Source: an uncultured virus (IMG/VR IMGVR_UViG_3300009545_000019) (Duplodnaviria > Heunggongvirae > Uroviricota > Caudoviricetes). From it: DNA of 64,000 nucleotides. Of this stretch, positions 30,723 through 40,180 are shown in pieces (positions within the stretch are counted from its first letter, which is position 1; every line of letters begins with the position of its first letter). Both the position numbers and the translations under genes were made by a program. The stretch lies in IMG/VR virus record IMGVR_UViG_3300009545_000019. The stretch is one strand, 5' to 3'. The notes under the pieces were generated by a model. The model saw only the letters and a program-made list of their open reading frames with translations. It did not search any database and was not told where the DNA came from.

Positions 30723-31957
30723 AGGTTTGCCGAGCATGTTCCGCCTGCCCCGCCTGCGCCGCCCGCGAGACCGATGTGCGGGGAACCAGGAGAGCCCGCA
30801 GTGTCCGGCACGTTCGCGATGACACCGCCCGTGATGTTCTGGAGCGTAATCAAACCTCCGTCGCCGCCCGCGCCGCCATTGCCGCCAGTGCCCGTACCGA
30901 AACCGTTTCCACCCGTGCCGCCGACCCCTCCGTTCGCAATCAAAAGCCCAGGGATGACCGGCCCGATGAGGGTGGCGTACGCGATAATGGTCCATCCGCC
31001 GCCGCCCGCGGATCCTCCGCCTCCGCCACCTGTGTTGCCGATGGTGGTCGTACCGCCATGGCCTCCGTTGCCACCGTTGTTCACGAAGACGCCTGCGGGC
31101 GTTGCGGGGGCTTTCGTGATCGTATTGGCGTAAACGAGGAGCATCCAGCCACCTCCGCCACCTCCGCCTCCGCCACCTCCGCTACGTGTTCCGTCACCAC
31201 CACCGGCTGATCCGCCGCTACCCGGAATCCCTCCTGCGATGCCGAAAGAATTGACCGTGAGGTCAGAGTTGAGGAGCGGCCAACCTACTCGGCCGAGAGC
31301 GGTGAACGGACCTACTACGGCGCCTCCGGCGTTTGGCGTTCCGTTACCTCCTGCGCCGCTCGATCCCGTCTGTCCACCGTTCGCGAAGAGAATGTCTGCA
31401 TAGGGGTTGAGGGGCATCTGTCCGAGGGCACCGACGCCCGTGCCGCCTGCTGCGCCGTTACCTCCCTGAAGGCTCGGGATCGTGCCGAAGGAGAATGCTG
31501 CGCTCGAGGGGCCGAAGGCCGCGCCTACGGCGTCACCTCCATCGTTCGTGTTGTCGATGGCGAAGATCGAGCCTGCGTCCGCGCCCGTGATGTCGAGCGT
31601 GTCCTTAACGAAGACGCGCCAGCCGTTCGTCTGAAGTTGCGACCCCGTGGGAATCGTCAGGTTGTTGTACGACATGTCCTGCGTGAGAACGGTCGTGCCC
31701 GGGCCAAGGACTACGTCACCATCGGTCCCTTGGCCGAACCAAGTCGCGGCCGTACGTGCAGGGAGCGCCACCGTCGCATCGACGTAGCGCTTCGTCGTCA
31801 GATCGTCGTCAATGAGCGGATCGAGCCCGCGCACGTTCACGAAGGCCGCATCGGTAGCGTCCCTCGCGTCGATGTTGCCAATGTCTTTTTTGAGCTGCGG
31901 GCCTCCGAGGCCGAGCCGAAACAACGTCTCGATCGTTCCTCGGATTTTGGAAAGCAT
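30719..31957 (-). CDS. Glycine-rich fibre protein
   Basis: MLSKIRGTIETLFR anchor, FGQGTDGDV, long GGxG runs. Confidence 0.75.
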   Translation of the reverse strand: MLSKIRGTIETLFRLGLGGPQLKKDIGNIDARDATDAAFVNVRGLDPLIDDDLTTKRYVDATVALPARTAATWFGQGTDGDVVLGPGTTVLTQDMSYNNLTIPTGSQLQTNGWRVFVKDTLDITGADAGSIFAIDNTNDGGDAVGAAFGPSSAAFSFGTIPSLQGGNGAAGGTGVGALGQMPLNPYADILFANGGQTGSSGAGGNGTPNAGGAVVGPFTALGRVGWPLLNSDLTVNSFGIAGGIPGSGGSAGGGDGTRSGGGGGGGGGGGWMLLVYANTITKAPATPAGVFVNNGGNGGHGGTTTIGNTGGGGGGSAGGGGWTIIAYATLIGPVIPGLLIANGGVGGTGGNGFGTGTGGNGGAGGDGGLITLQNITGGVIANVPDTAGSPGSPHIGLAGGAGGAGGTCSANL

Positions 31958-32817
31958 CAGCTGTACTCCTCGACGATCCAGGCTCCGCCGCCGCCGCCCG
32001 CACCGGATGTTCCGGTGCCAGGTCCTGCATAGGCTCCGCCGCCTCCGAAGCCGAAGCCTCGGCTCGTATTACCAGAGGAACCTGGGGTCGTCTGCGCCGG
32101 TCCGCCACCTCCGAAGAGACACGAGCCGCCACCGCCGCCGTGACCGACAGGGCCCGTGGTGCTGAGGAGCACGCCTGGATCACCAGGTGCACCGGAGCCG
32201 GAGTTGAAGACGCCGCTCGCGGCTCCGCTCGAACCACCCGCACCGCCCGAAGAGACCGCAGGGCCCGCCGAGTTCAATCCGCCTGCGCCGCCCGCACCCC
32301 CCGCGGCATGTACCGTCGTACCGCCTACGGTGAAGGTGGACTCGGTGCCTGCGCCACCTGGAGCGCCGCTGGACGCGCCCGATGCTCCTGGCGTGCCGCA
32401 CACGAAGTTGTAGGCTGTATTCGGAGTGACCGCGAGGGTCTCCTCGTTGTACATCCCGGCGCCGCCTCCGCCGCCTACCGCGGCTTGACCAGCACCGGCA
32501 GCTGCCCCACCTCCGCCGCCTCCGGCTCCCACACCTCGGATCCGGATCGTGTTCGTGTTCGGGCCCGTCGTGAAAGTTCCCGTGACGGATCGGAGCGTAT
32601 ATCCGAGGAAGCGACCCGTGCCGCTGCTCGCGCTCGCATCGACGTACGCCTTCGTCGTGAGATCGTTCGGTGCGGTCGGTGTTGCGCCGCGAACGATCGC
32701 GAAGGCTGCGTCCCCTGCGTTCCGCGCCTCGACGACGCCGCCGTTGTTTTTCAGGTTCGGCCCCCCGATACCGACCCGAAAGAGTGTCTCGATAGTTCCT
32801 CTGATTTTCGAGAGCAT
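31957..32817 (-). CDS. Glycine-rich fibre protein
   Basis: MLSKIRGTIETLFR anchor; FTTGPNT..IRGVGAGGGGGG...WIVEEYS. Confidence 0.75.
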   Translation of the reverse strand: MLSKIRGTIETLFRVGIGGPNLKNNGGVVEARNAGDAAFAIVRGATPTAPNDLTTKAYVDASASSGTGRFLGYTLRSVTGTFTTGPNTNTIRIRGVGAGGGGGGAAAGAGQAAVGGGGGAGMYNEETLAVTPNTAYNFVCGTPGASGASSGAPGGAGTESTFTVGGTTVHAAGGAGGAGGLNSAGPAVSSGGAGGSSGAASGVFNSGSGAPGDPGVLLSTTGPVGHGGGGGSCLFGGGGPAQTTPGSSGNTSRGFGFGGGGAYAGPGTGTSGAGGGGGAWIVEEYS

Positions 32818-32824
32818 AGGAACC

Positions 32825-33316
32825 TCAGACGTTCGGGACGGAGTAGCGAATGATCGCGAAACCCGCTCCGACGGACGGAGCACCCGTGATCGTTACGGAG
32901 AGCGGCCCGACAATCGGCGCCGGAGTGTCTTGCATCACCTGGTAGAAGTCGGCGATCGTCGGATCGTTGTCCGTGGTGAGCATGAACGCCGTCGGGAAAC
33001 CTGCCTGCCCGAGCGAGATGGTCGTTCCTGCCGAGTAAGGCGTCGTGCCAGGCCCTTGCGTGTCGAGTTCGGCGGCAGAGATGACGGCGCCGGCTGGAAT
33101 CACCGATGCAGAGCTCTCCGTGATGAGCGCAGTCGGGATGCGAATTTCGACCAAACCGCCAGCGACTCCGGTTCCCGGAGGGCCTTGAGGCCCCGTAGGA
33201 CCGGCCGGTCCAGCGGCACCCGCAGCGCCAGGAGGTCCCGCTGGGCCTGCTGGTCCTCGCGGTCCGGCAGGGCCCTGGTTGCCGTTGCAAGAACCTTCGA
33301 TTTCGACTTCTGACAT
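32825..33316 (-). CDS. Collagen-like virion protein
   Basis: MSEVEIEGSC followed by GPAGPRGPAG repeats. Confidence 0.7.
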   Translation of the reverse strand: MSEVEIEGSCNGNQGPAGPRGPAGPAGPPGAAGAAGPAGPTGPQGPPGTGVAGGLVEIRIPTALITESSASVIPAGAVISAAELDTQGPGTTPYSAGTTISLGQAGFPTAFMLTTDNDPTIADFYQVMQDTPAPIVGPLSVTITGAPSVGAGFAIIRYSVPNV

Positions 33317-33330
33317 GGGGATCTCCTAGT

Positions 33331-34155
33331 TCACGAATATTCGTCGACGATCCAGCCGCCGTGCATTCCGTTGCCGCCCGACTGCGAGGCGCCTGCGTCC
33401 ACTGTCGAGGCTCCACCACCACCGCCGCCCCAGTTGAATATCACGCCGACAGCCACAGCGTTGGCGCCTGCTGCAACTCCGCCGAGGGAAGGACCTGCGC
33501 CTGTGCCCAAAACCGACGAACCGCCAGCGCCGCCGACGGCTCCGGAGACTCCCGCAGTGAAGTCGTGCGACGCGACTCCGTAATCGCCTGATTCTCCGCC
33601 GCCCAGGTAGTCAGCATTGGCTCCGCCACCACCTACGCCGCCTGCGCTGTATTGAAAGCCAGAGATGGTTGCGCTGCCTACGACTCCAGGCAATCCTCCG
33701 GCCGCCGTGATCGTCGTCACGCCGATAGTGAATGTGGAGTCGCCTCCGGCCGTACCTGCCGCCGGTGGCGCAGCACCCGTACCTCTGGCTCCGATCGTGT
33801 AATTGTACGCGGTGTTCGGGAGGACGGTTTGCGTCCATTCGGCGTACCCACCTGCTCCGCCGCCTCCACCTGCGGACGAAGAGCCGGCTCCGCCAGTCGT
33901 GGCGCCTCCGCCTGCACCTCCGCCGCCGACGCCGCGAATTTTGACCGTGTGCGTGTTCGGCCCTGTCGTGAAGACACCCGCGCCACCGGAAGAAGTGAGA
34001 ACGGAGGTTTTGAGGAAAGCTCCGGAGGAGGGACCTGCCACACCACTCGGTCCGGCAGGACCGGCAGGTCCCGCGGGGCCTACAGGACCCTGAAGCCCGC
34101 GAGGACCCGCGGGACCGAGACCGGCGCAGGATCCTTCGATTTCGACTTCGGACAT
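33331..34155 (-). CDS. Collagen-like plus glycine-rich fibre protein
   Basis: MSEVEIEGSC, GXY repeats, C-terminal domain paralogous to 31957-32817 (WIVDEYS). Confidence 0.75.
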   Translation of the reverse strand: MSEVEIEGSCAGLGPAGPRGLQGPVGPAGPAGPAGPSGVAGPSSGAFLKTSVLTSSGGAGVFTTGPNTHTVKIRGVGGGGAGGGATTGGAGSSSAGGGGGAGGYAEWTQTVLPNTAYNYTIGARGTGAAPPAAGTAGGDSTFTIGVTTITAAGGLPGVVGSATISGFQYSAGGVGGGGANADYLGGGESGDYGVASHDFTAGVSGAVGGAGGSSVLGTGAGPSLGGVAAGANAVAVGVIFNWGGGGGGASTVDAGASQSGGNGMHGGWIVDEYS

Positions 34156-34749
34156 TATCCTTCTCCCTGCATCGCTGCGCGCCACGTAGAAATTGATACG
34201 AAGGTGGGACCAGACGCCCTCGTATTCGACCACGACCACCAGCCGCCGCTCTGTCGCGAAAGCCAGAGGAGCATACTGGCATCCGCCTCGTCGCCGATTT
34301 CACCTTCCCACAAGCGCCGATCAAGATGAGGTGCCCACGGGACGCCGAACCGCTCCATCGAAATGCATTTCATGCACGCGAGGAGCGCGAACGCCGCGTT
34401 CATCGAGGTGCAGAAGCTCATGTCGGGCGAGCTCGTGGGATGAATCTTGGTCAAGGCAGCTCCCGTCGTCGGCGGTCGATTTGATAGATCTCGAACGGCG
34501 TCAGCTTCCTCACTGGCTCCTCGCGAGAAAGGGCCTTGTAACGCTTCGGCCCTTTCTGAAGAGCGCGACCGATCAGGACGCCGCTCACGAAGATCACGGC
34601 GCCGTAGACGAGGAGCTGCTTCGTCCAATCGTCGCGCTCGGTGCCCGAGAGCGACAAATAAAGCTGACGCCCCCCAGGAGCTCCGATCGGAGCCCCGGCA
34701 ACCCCCACCCCGCCAGGAGCGGGGGGTGCTGAGGGGGCGTCAGCCATGT

Positions 34750-36189
34750 TCAGGTCGGCGGGACGAAGCCGTTGACGAACGTCGTCGTTCCTGCGGCGGC
34801 CGGCGAATTCACCGTCACGCCACTCGAGCGAGTCGTCGTGGTCGTGGTCGTACCCGCACTCGTCGTCGTGGTCGTCGTAGTCACGACGGCCGCAGCGTCA
34901 GAAGCGCCCAGCGTGGGAGGCGTCGGCCCGGAGGGGATCATCCCAGCGCTGCACGGGTTGGGCACGCACGTCGCGAGGCACGGATCGGGAGTGAACGAGG
35001 TCAGCGTCGCCGACCCGCTCAAGCCGCCCGCGCTTCCGGTGCCGCCCGTCGGCCCGACCGGACCGAGCTCCGAGGGTGCGAGGAGCGACGCGAGACCGGG
35101 GATGTTCGTGATCGTGCCTGCGCAGAGATCGACGAGGGTGATCGTGCCGCCGTTGGCGCCGGCCGAACCGAAGCCACCGGTGCCCGGTGCCGCGAAGGCG
35201 TTTCCGCCGTTGCCACCCGCGCCGCCGCTGACGTCGATGGCGAGGTTCGCCGGAAGCGAGGTCGGGTTGAGGAACTCGTAGCCGAGGAGAACCCAGCCAC
35301 CACCACCGGGCGCGCCAGCTCCGCCGCCGGCCGCCGTGCCCGCAACGCCGTTGCCGCCGTTGCCGCCACTGCCGCCCTTCGCGACGATGACCGCCGAGGT
35401 CTCGTTCGAGAAGACGATCGTGTGCGCGAAGATGACGATCGAGGGACCGCCCGCGCCGCCACCGCCGCCGCCGCCACCGGCGTTCGTGCCGTCGCCGCCG
35501 CCCGAGGAGCCGCCTTGGCCACCGAGGCCGCCGAAGATGCCGGGGAAGGTCGTTGCGAAGGTCGCATCGACGAACGGGGTCGCCGCGTAGAGAGCGACCG
35601 GAGCGCCGCCGGCATTGGTGGAGTTGCCACCACGTCCAGCAAGAAGCACCTTGCCGCCAGCGTACATCGGATTGGTGCCCATCTCCGTCGTGTTGGTCGA
35701 CGGAACGCCTGCACCCGTGCCACCATTGGCGCCTGCGCTGCTGTCGACGACATCGAGAGGACCAGCCAGGACGGGAGTTGCCGCGAGACCGCCGGTGCCT
35801 CCGGAACCGTTGCCACCGTTCCAATCGGAAGTGAGCCCGTCGGAGCCGGCGCCAGTAATCGCGCCCGGCGAAGCCTGCGAGATGTCGAGCACCCCCGAGA
35901 CGCGAATCGTGAAGCCGTTCGTGGCGAGATAGGAATTCGCCGGAACGGTGAGATTCCGAACGACCATGTCGCTCGTGAGCACCCACGGAGTCGTGGGAGT
36001 ACTCACAGGAACGACGAAATCGACCGAGCTCGCGCCGAAGAACCCAGCGGCTACGACCGTGGGGGAAATGCAGCTTGAGGCGCACGCGAGGTTGTTCGAA
36101 CCTGCGTTGCACGGACCGCTGATCTGCACATCGTTGTCGCTGTCGCTGCACGAGCAACCGCGGCCAGAACCACAAGATCCACAACTCAT
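34750..36189 (-). CDS. Cys-rich N-terminus, glycine-rich fibre protein
   Basis: MSCGSCGSG; LTSDMVVRNLTVP..TNGF segment paralogous to 30719-31957. Confidence 0.7.
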   Translation of the reverse strand: MSCGSCGSGRGCSCSDSDNDVQISGPCNAGSNNLACASSCISPTVVAAGFFGASSVDFVVPVSTPTTPWVLTSDMVVRNLTVPANSYLATNGFTIRVSGVLDISQASPGAITGAGSDGLTSDWNGGNGSGGTGGLAATPVLAGPLDVVDSSAGANGGTGAGVPSTNTTEMGTNPMYAGGKVLLAGRGGNSTNAGGAPVALYAATPFVDATFATTFPGIFGGLGGQGGSSGGGDGTNAGGGGGGGGAGGPSIVIFAHTIVFSNETSAVIVAKGGSGGNGGNGVAGTAAGGGAGAPGGGGWVLLGYEFLNPTSLPANLAIDVSGGAGGNGGNAFAAPGTGGFGSAGANGGTITLVDLCAGTITNIPGLASLLAPSELGPVGPTGGTGSAGGLSGSATLTSFTPDPCLATCVPNPCSAGMIPSGPTPPTLGASDAAAVVTTTTTTTSAGTTTTTTTRSSGVTVNSPAAAGTTTFVNGFVPPT

Positions 36190-36359
36190 GATCGTATCTC
36201 CGTCATCCCCGTATGTTCCACTGAAGCCTACATGCAGACAGAAGTCTTCGCCAGAATCTTCGTCCTCTTCGGGCGAAGGACGACAGACCCCTGGCAAGCC
36301 GCGGTGCGCGACCCTTCTACGCCATCTGCCCCGCCATCTCGCCACTCTGCGAGCTTAGC

Positions 36360-37061
36360 TTACTTGCGCGGGAGCTGGCAGGTCATGCCGTTCGACGACT
36401 CGAGCGCTGCGCGGGTCTCTCGGATTTGGCGGTACATCCGGAACTGACCGGCCCAGCCTTTGAGGAAGCCGACCTTCGCCTGCTTTTGCTTCCCGATCAC
36501 GCCCTTCATGAGAACGAGACACGTCTTGCCGCCGTGCTTATCGACGAGATGATTGAACGCGGTTTCGATGCTGTAGCCGTTCCAACATGTGCGAGGGATT
36601 TCCTCGAGAATCCACCTCTTCAAGAACCTCTCGCCGGTGAGGAGCGGCATGAAGATCTGGAGAGAGTTCGGGTAGCGAATCCCCGCCACGCTCGGGCCTT
36701 GTTCCGCGTCGCGCAATCCGCACGTCATGTCGAACCCGAGCGCGAAGTGGTCGGCGAGCAAGCGCACGTGCTCGGGTCGAAGACCCGTGAGGTCTGCGTC
36801 GAAAAACGCGAAGGCGTCCGCGAGCTGCGGGCCGGTGTCCGAGAAGTGCACGCCCGCGAGCATCGCTGCACCCTTCCCGCCGTTCGGATCAAGACGAAGC
36901 ACGTGCGCGCCTGCCTGCGCGGCGATCTGGCCCGTAGAGTCCTTCGAGCCGTCGTCGACGACGATGATGCGACGGAAGACGCCGGAGGCGCGCAGCACGC
37001 GGAGGACTTCGCCAATCGTTGCGGCCTCGTTGTGACCCGGGACGATGCAATCGACGATCAC
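36360..37061 (-). CDS. Family 2 glycosyltransferase
   Basis: IVPGHNEA, VVDDGSKD, NGGKGAAM, FFDADL. Confidence 0.88.
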   Translation of the reverse strand: MIVDCIVPGHNEAATIGEVLRVLRASGVFRRIIVVDDGSKDSTGQIAAQAGAHVLRLDPNGGKGAAMLAGVHFSDTGPQLADAFAFFDADLTGLRPEHVRLLADHFALGFDMTCGLRDAEQGPSVAGIRYPNSLQIFMPLLTGERFLKRWILEEIPRTCWNGYSIETAFNHLVDKHGGKTCLVLMKGVIGKQKQAKVGFLKGWAGQFRMYRQIRETRAALESSNGMTCQLPRK

Positions 37062-37444
37062 GACTTCGCTGCGAGCGCAGGCGGCGTCACGCTCGGCGAG
37101 AGCACGCCGAGGACGCTCGCGAGCAAGACGAAGACAGCCGCAGAGCCCTTGATGTAAGGCGTCGCTCCAGGAGGAAATGCGGCCTCGAGCTGAGGAAGGC
37201 CGGCGGCGAGCGAAGCGCAAACGAGAGCGACGTAGTGAACGGCTTGGAGCTTCATAACCGTAGGATACCACGGGCGCTTCGCTTCGGCGCGCAACGTCCA
37301 AAGCCGAAGGTGCTTCAGGTCACTCAATACTTCGGTGAGCTGAAGCTCGATACGCACGACCGCCGGCTGCGGATCCGTTGGCGGGTCGGTCGGCCGCGCC
37401 ATCCCCGGCGTCGTTGCCTTCATGTCGGGATGATCGTCCCGCAT
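37058..37444 (-). CDS. Membrane protein with two TM segments (holin-like)
   Basis: Two hydrophobic stretches in the C-terminal half; start uncertain. Confidence 0.4.
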   Translation of the reverse strand: MRDDHPDMKATTPGMARPTDPPTDPQPAVVRIELQLTEVLSDLKHLRLWTLRAEAKRPWYPTVMKLQAVHYVALVCASLAAGLPQLEAAFPPGATPYIKGSAAVFVLLASVLGVLSPSVTPPALAAKS

Positions 37445-37567
37445 GCTTCAGTCTAGCGCGCTACTTCTCTTGTCGCACCGCCGGCAAACTCGGCGACGAA
37501 ATCTTTCGAAGGATGCGCTTCGTCTTCTCACGCACCTCTTCTTGGATGGGGCGAAGTGACTCACGCG

Positions 37568-37891
37568 TCACGGGCGCGACTTGAACGGAGGCCGAGACTG
37601 ATTCTGGTTCAGCTGATTCAACATCCCTTCGATCTGTCCGAGGGATCGGTTGGTTTCCCGCCATTGCTCCTGCTCCTCTTTGTGGTGGTCTTCATCCACC
37701 TTGATGTGATCGACGATCTTCTTGTCGACCTCACCGATCTTCGTGTGCGCCTGGTCGACGCGTTCCTTGTACTTACCGATTGTGAGCGACGTGGTGAGTG
37801 CGGCACCGAGGATGACGAGCACCCCTCCGCCGATCTCTGCAAAAATCGAGTCCATATATGTGACCTTTTGCCCCTCCCGAGAGCACGTCAC
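37568..37891 (-). CDS. Single-TM coiled-coil protein (holin-like)
   Basis: GGVLVILGAALTTSLTIG followed by a coiled coil; start uncertain. Confidence 0.45.
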   Translation of the reverse strand: MTCSREGQKVTYMDSIFAEIGGGVLVILGAALTTSLTIGKYKERVDQAHTKIGEVDKKIVDHIKVDEDHHKEEQEQWRETNRSLGQIEGMLNQLNQNQSRPPFKSRP

Positions 37892-37958
37892 TCACCTATC
37901 TGCGGCTAAAGTTCCTCCCACCACAGTATTACGCGAAGCCAGAGCCAGCGAAGCGTCT

Positions 37959-38891
37959 TCATGCCTTCTTCTTCTGCGCCTTCTCGCGAGCCTTCGCTCG
38001 AAGCTCTTGCGCCGAGGGTGACGGAGGCGGCCCCGGGCGAGGACGCTGCTTCTTCACCTGAACCATCGGTGGCGGAACGTTCCCGCCGAGCGCATCGAAG
38101 TCAGCGACGAGAGCCTCCCAATCGAAACCGTTCGGCGCCTTCGTGGCACCCTTCGCCACCTGATCGGGCGAGAGCATCGTGTAGAGACCGCCTCCGGAAG
38201 ACTCGGCGCAGAGGTGAGCGATTGCCTTCCACGTGAGCGTACCGAGAAGGCCCCACGTGTCGATTTGCACACCTTGCTCAGAAAATCCCACCCCCACCAC
38301 GCAGTGGCCGTTCGAGGGTTCCGGTGCACCGTCATCCCATACGAACCCCGGCGTGGACGGGAAGGGGTTGATCCATTCGTTAGGGAGCTCGATGCCGAAG
38401 AAGAGGTTCTCGAAGAGGTACATGGCCTGCTTGACCTGTTCCTCATTCGTGGGGTCGACGGCGAGCCAGCCGCAGAGCTTCGTTCCGTTCGCGAAACCGT
38501 GCTGCGTCCAGTAGTTCAGCGCGACTTCCTCGTTGCACCCACCATCCGTAGCAATCGGATTGTTTGGGTCGAAGCCGCCGATTTTCGAATAATCGTGAAC
38601 GATCTGGTCGTCCGTCGCGACCATCGGCGAACCCGTCGCGTTGCCCGTCTCGACGCCAACGACGTGGTACCCGCCGCTGACGACGCAGCAACCGTATCGG
38701 TCGTTGAGATAGACATTCGAGAGCGACGCCATGGCCTTCTGCGAGAAGTCGCACGACTCCGGCACGGCGATGTGCCGATGGTCGATGTACGACTTCATGT
38801 GCATGCGCGGGCCGCGAGCGACGGCGCGGTTACGTCCGAACCTCACATCACGACCGAGATGGGGAGCGAAGACTGTTTTGAACGCGACCAC
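37959..38891 (-). CDS. Papain-like (C1-related) cysteine peptidase
   Basis: NDRYGCCV, DGGC, GHCVVGVGF, DTWG. Confidence 0.75.
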   Translation of the reverse strand: MVAFKTVFAPHLGRDVRFGRNRAVARGPRMHMKSYIDHRHIAVPESCDFSQKAMASLSNVYLNDRYGCCVVSGGYHVVGVETGNATGSPMVATDDQIVHDYSKIGGFDPNNPIATDGGCNEEVALNYWTQHGFANGTKLCGWLAVDPTNEEQVKQAMYLFENLFFGIELPNEWINPFPSTPGFVWDDGAPEPSNGHCVVGVGFSEQGVQIDTWGLLGTLTWKAIAHLCAESSGGGLYTMLSPDQVAKGATKAPNGFDWEALVADFDALGGNVPPPMVQVKKQRPRPGPPPSPSAQELRAKAREKAQKKKA

Positions 38892-38893
38892 GA

Positions 38894-39337
38894 CTACCTC
38901 CCCTTCGAGATGTGAAGCATCTTCGGCTCTTCGACGACGAGGGCGTGCTCACCTTCGGAGACCATCATGTTCGCGCCGGGCTTACTGACCTTCACGCCGA
39001 GCGGGCCGACCAGACTCATCAAATCGTCCCAAGCGGCCGTGAAGTCTTTTTCGACCTGATCGAGCTGCGCCTGCGTCGCCGCGATGCCGCCCGCGAGGAG
39101 CTGAGCAGCAGCATCGATGACCTTGCGGATCTTCGCGAGCGCCTCATCGACCGCCGCCTGCTTCGCGGGGTCGGTGTGTGCCTGGAAGTACGCGGAGACC
39201 CACGCGGCGATCTGGTCGACGATGATCGTCGCGTCCTGAATCGTGGCGAGGATGATGGGCCCGTTCGTTGCGATCCACGGCAGGGCGCCGCAACCGGTCA
39301 GGGCGAGTGAACCGACGAGGAACGCACGTCTTCGCAT
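38894..39337 (-). CDS. Putative lipoprotein
   Basis: MRRRAFLVGSLALTGC lipobox. Confidence 0.55.
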   Translation of the reverse strand: MRRRAFLVGSLALTGCGALPWIATNGPIILATIQDATIIVDQIAAWVSAYFQAHTDPAKQAAVDEALAKIRKVIDAAAQLLAGGIAATQAQLDQVEKDFTAAWDDLMSLVGPLGVKVSKPGANMMVSEGEHALVVEEPKMLHISKGR

Positions 39338-39341
39338 GTTC

Positions 39342-39791
39342 CTAAGCTAGCGCAGAATTTCCCTGAAGTCTCCGCGCGAACGCTCGAAGGAGCGCAACGA
39401 AGTGCTCGTTCGTAAGTGCGAGCGTTCGCCGCTCGCGGATGCGCGCGATGACCGCGTCGACGGGTCGACCGAGCTTGATGAGCGCCATCCCGTTCACGAG
39501 GCCCGATCGGTTCCGGCCCGCCATGCACGTCACGAGAACCTTCTTGCCGGCGCCGAGCTCGCGCACGACGGCTTCCGCCGCGAGCCGCGCGACCATGACC
39601 TGGAAGCCATCGGGCGGCTGCCCTGAGTCGTCGTTCGGCGCGTGAAAGACCTTCACGCCGGGGAAGTCGTTCGGCTGGTATTCGAGCGCACACAGGACGA
39701 GAGCGTTGAAGCCCGCTTCGCGCACGGCGTGACCCACCTGCGGGGCGCCGCCTTGGTAAAGGTTGCCGGAGATCTGTGAGGCGTCGATCAC
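39342..39791 (-). CDS. Dual-specificity/tyrosine phosphatase
   Basis: NLYQGG, PNDD, CX5R signature VTCMAGRNRSG; GTG start overlapping the upstream gene. Confidence 0.85.
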   Translation of the reverse strand: MIDASQISGNLYQGGAPQVGHAVREAGFNALVLCALEYQPNDFPGVKVFHAPNDDSGQPPDGFQVMVARLAAEAVVRELGAGKKVLVTCMAGRNRSGLVNGMALIKLGRPVDAVIARIRERRTLALTNEHFVALLRAFARRLQGNSALA

Positions 39792-40171
39792 TTGCGACGG
39801 CGCTTCTTCGGCGGACTCTGAGCGGCTCGCAGCTTGGCGGCCTTGAGAGACGGAGCGCGAGTCGTCGCGGACTTCTTGGGCTTGCGATACGCCGCCATGC
39901 TCTCCGGCTTCTCCCAACGTGCATCCGTTAGAAGCTTCTCTGCCTTCGCTCGCGCGAACTTCTTCTGCGCCGCCGAGATGTCCGTGTGAGCGATCCGAGC
40001 GAGCGCGTTGCGCACGTGCGAGACGCTCACGTTGCCGCGAAGATCGCGCACGGGCAGATGACGAAGGGTACGAGGAACGGTTCGTCCCGATCTGTCCTTG
40101 TGGCCTCCAGGAGAGATCACGAGAAAAGCGGAGTCGGGAAGACGGTCCTTGTATGCGCGCGTCCACTTCAC
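39788..40171 (-). CDS. Basic hypothetical virion-associated protein
   Basis: LPDSAF...RHLPVRD...HVRNALARI pattern seen in phage proteins; Lys/Arg-rich tail. Confidence 0.6.
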   Translation of the reverse strand: MKWTRAYKDRLPDSAFLVISPGGHKDRSGRTVPRTLRHLPVRDLRGNVSVSHVRNALARIAHTDISAAQKKFARAKAEKLLTDARWEKPESMAAYRKPKKSATTRAPSLKAAKLRAAQSPPKKRRRK

Positions 40172-40180
40172 GAGAACCTC

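Noticed and set aside
27473..34155. Diversity-generating retroelement or shufflon behind the fibre repeats
   Set aside because: No reverse transcriptase, no adenine-specific TR/VR pair and no inverted crossover sites seen; all modules share one orientation.
21717..36358. Long + strand ORFs such as 29325-31133 and 34447-36078
   Set aside because: Shadow frames of GC-rich, Gly/Ala-rich minus-strand genes.
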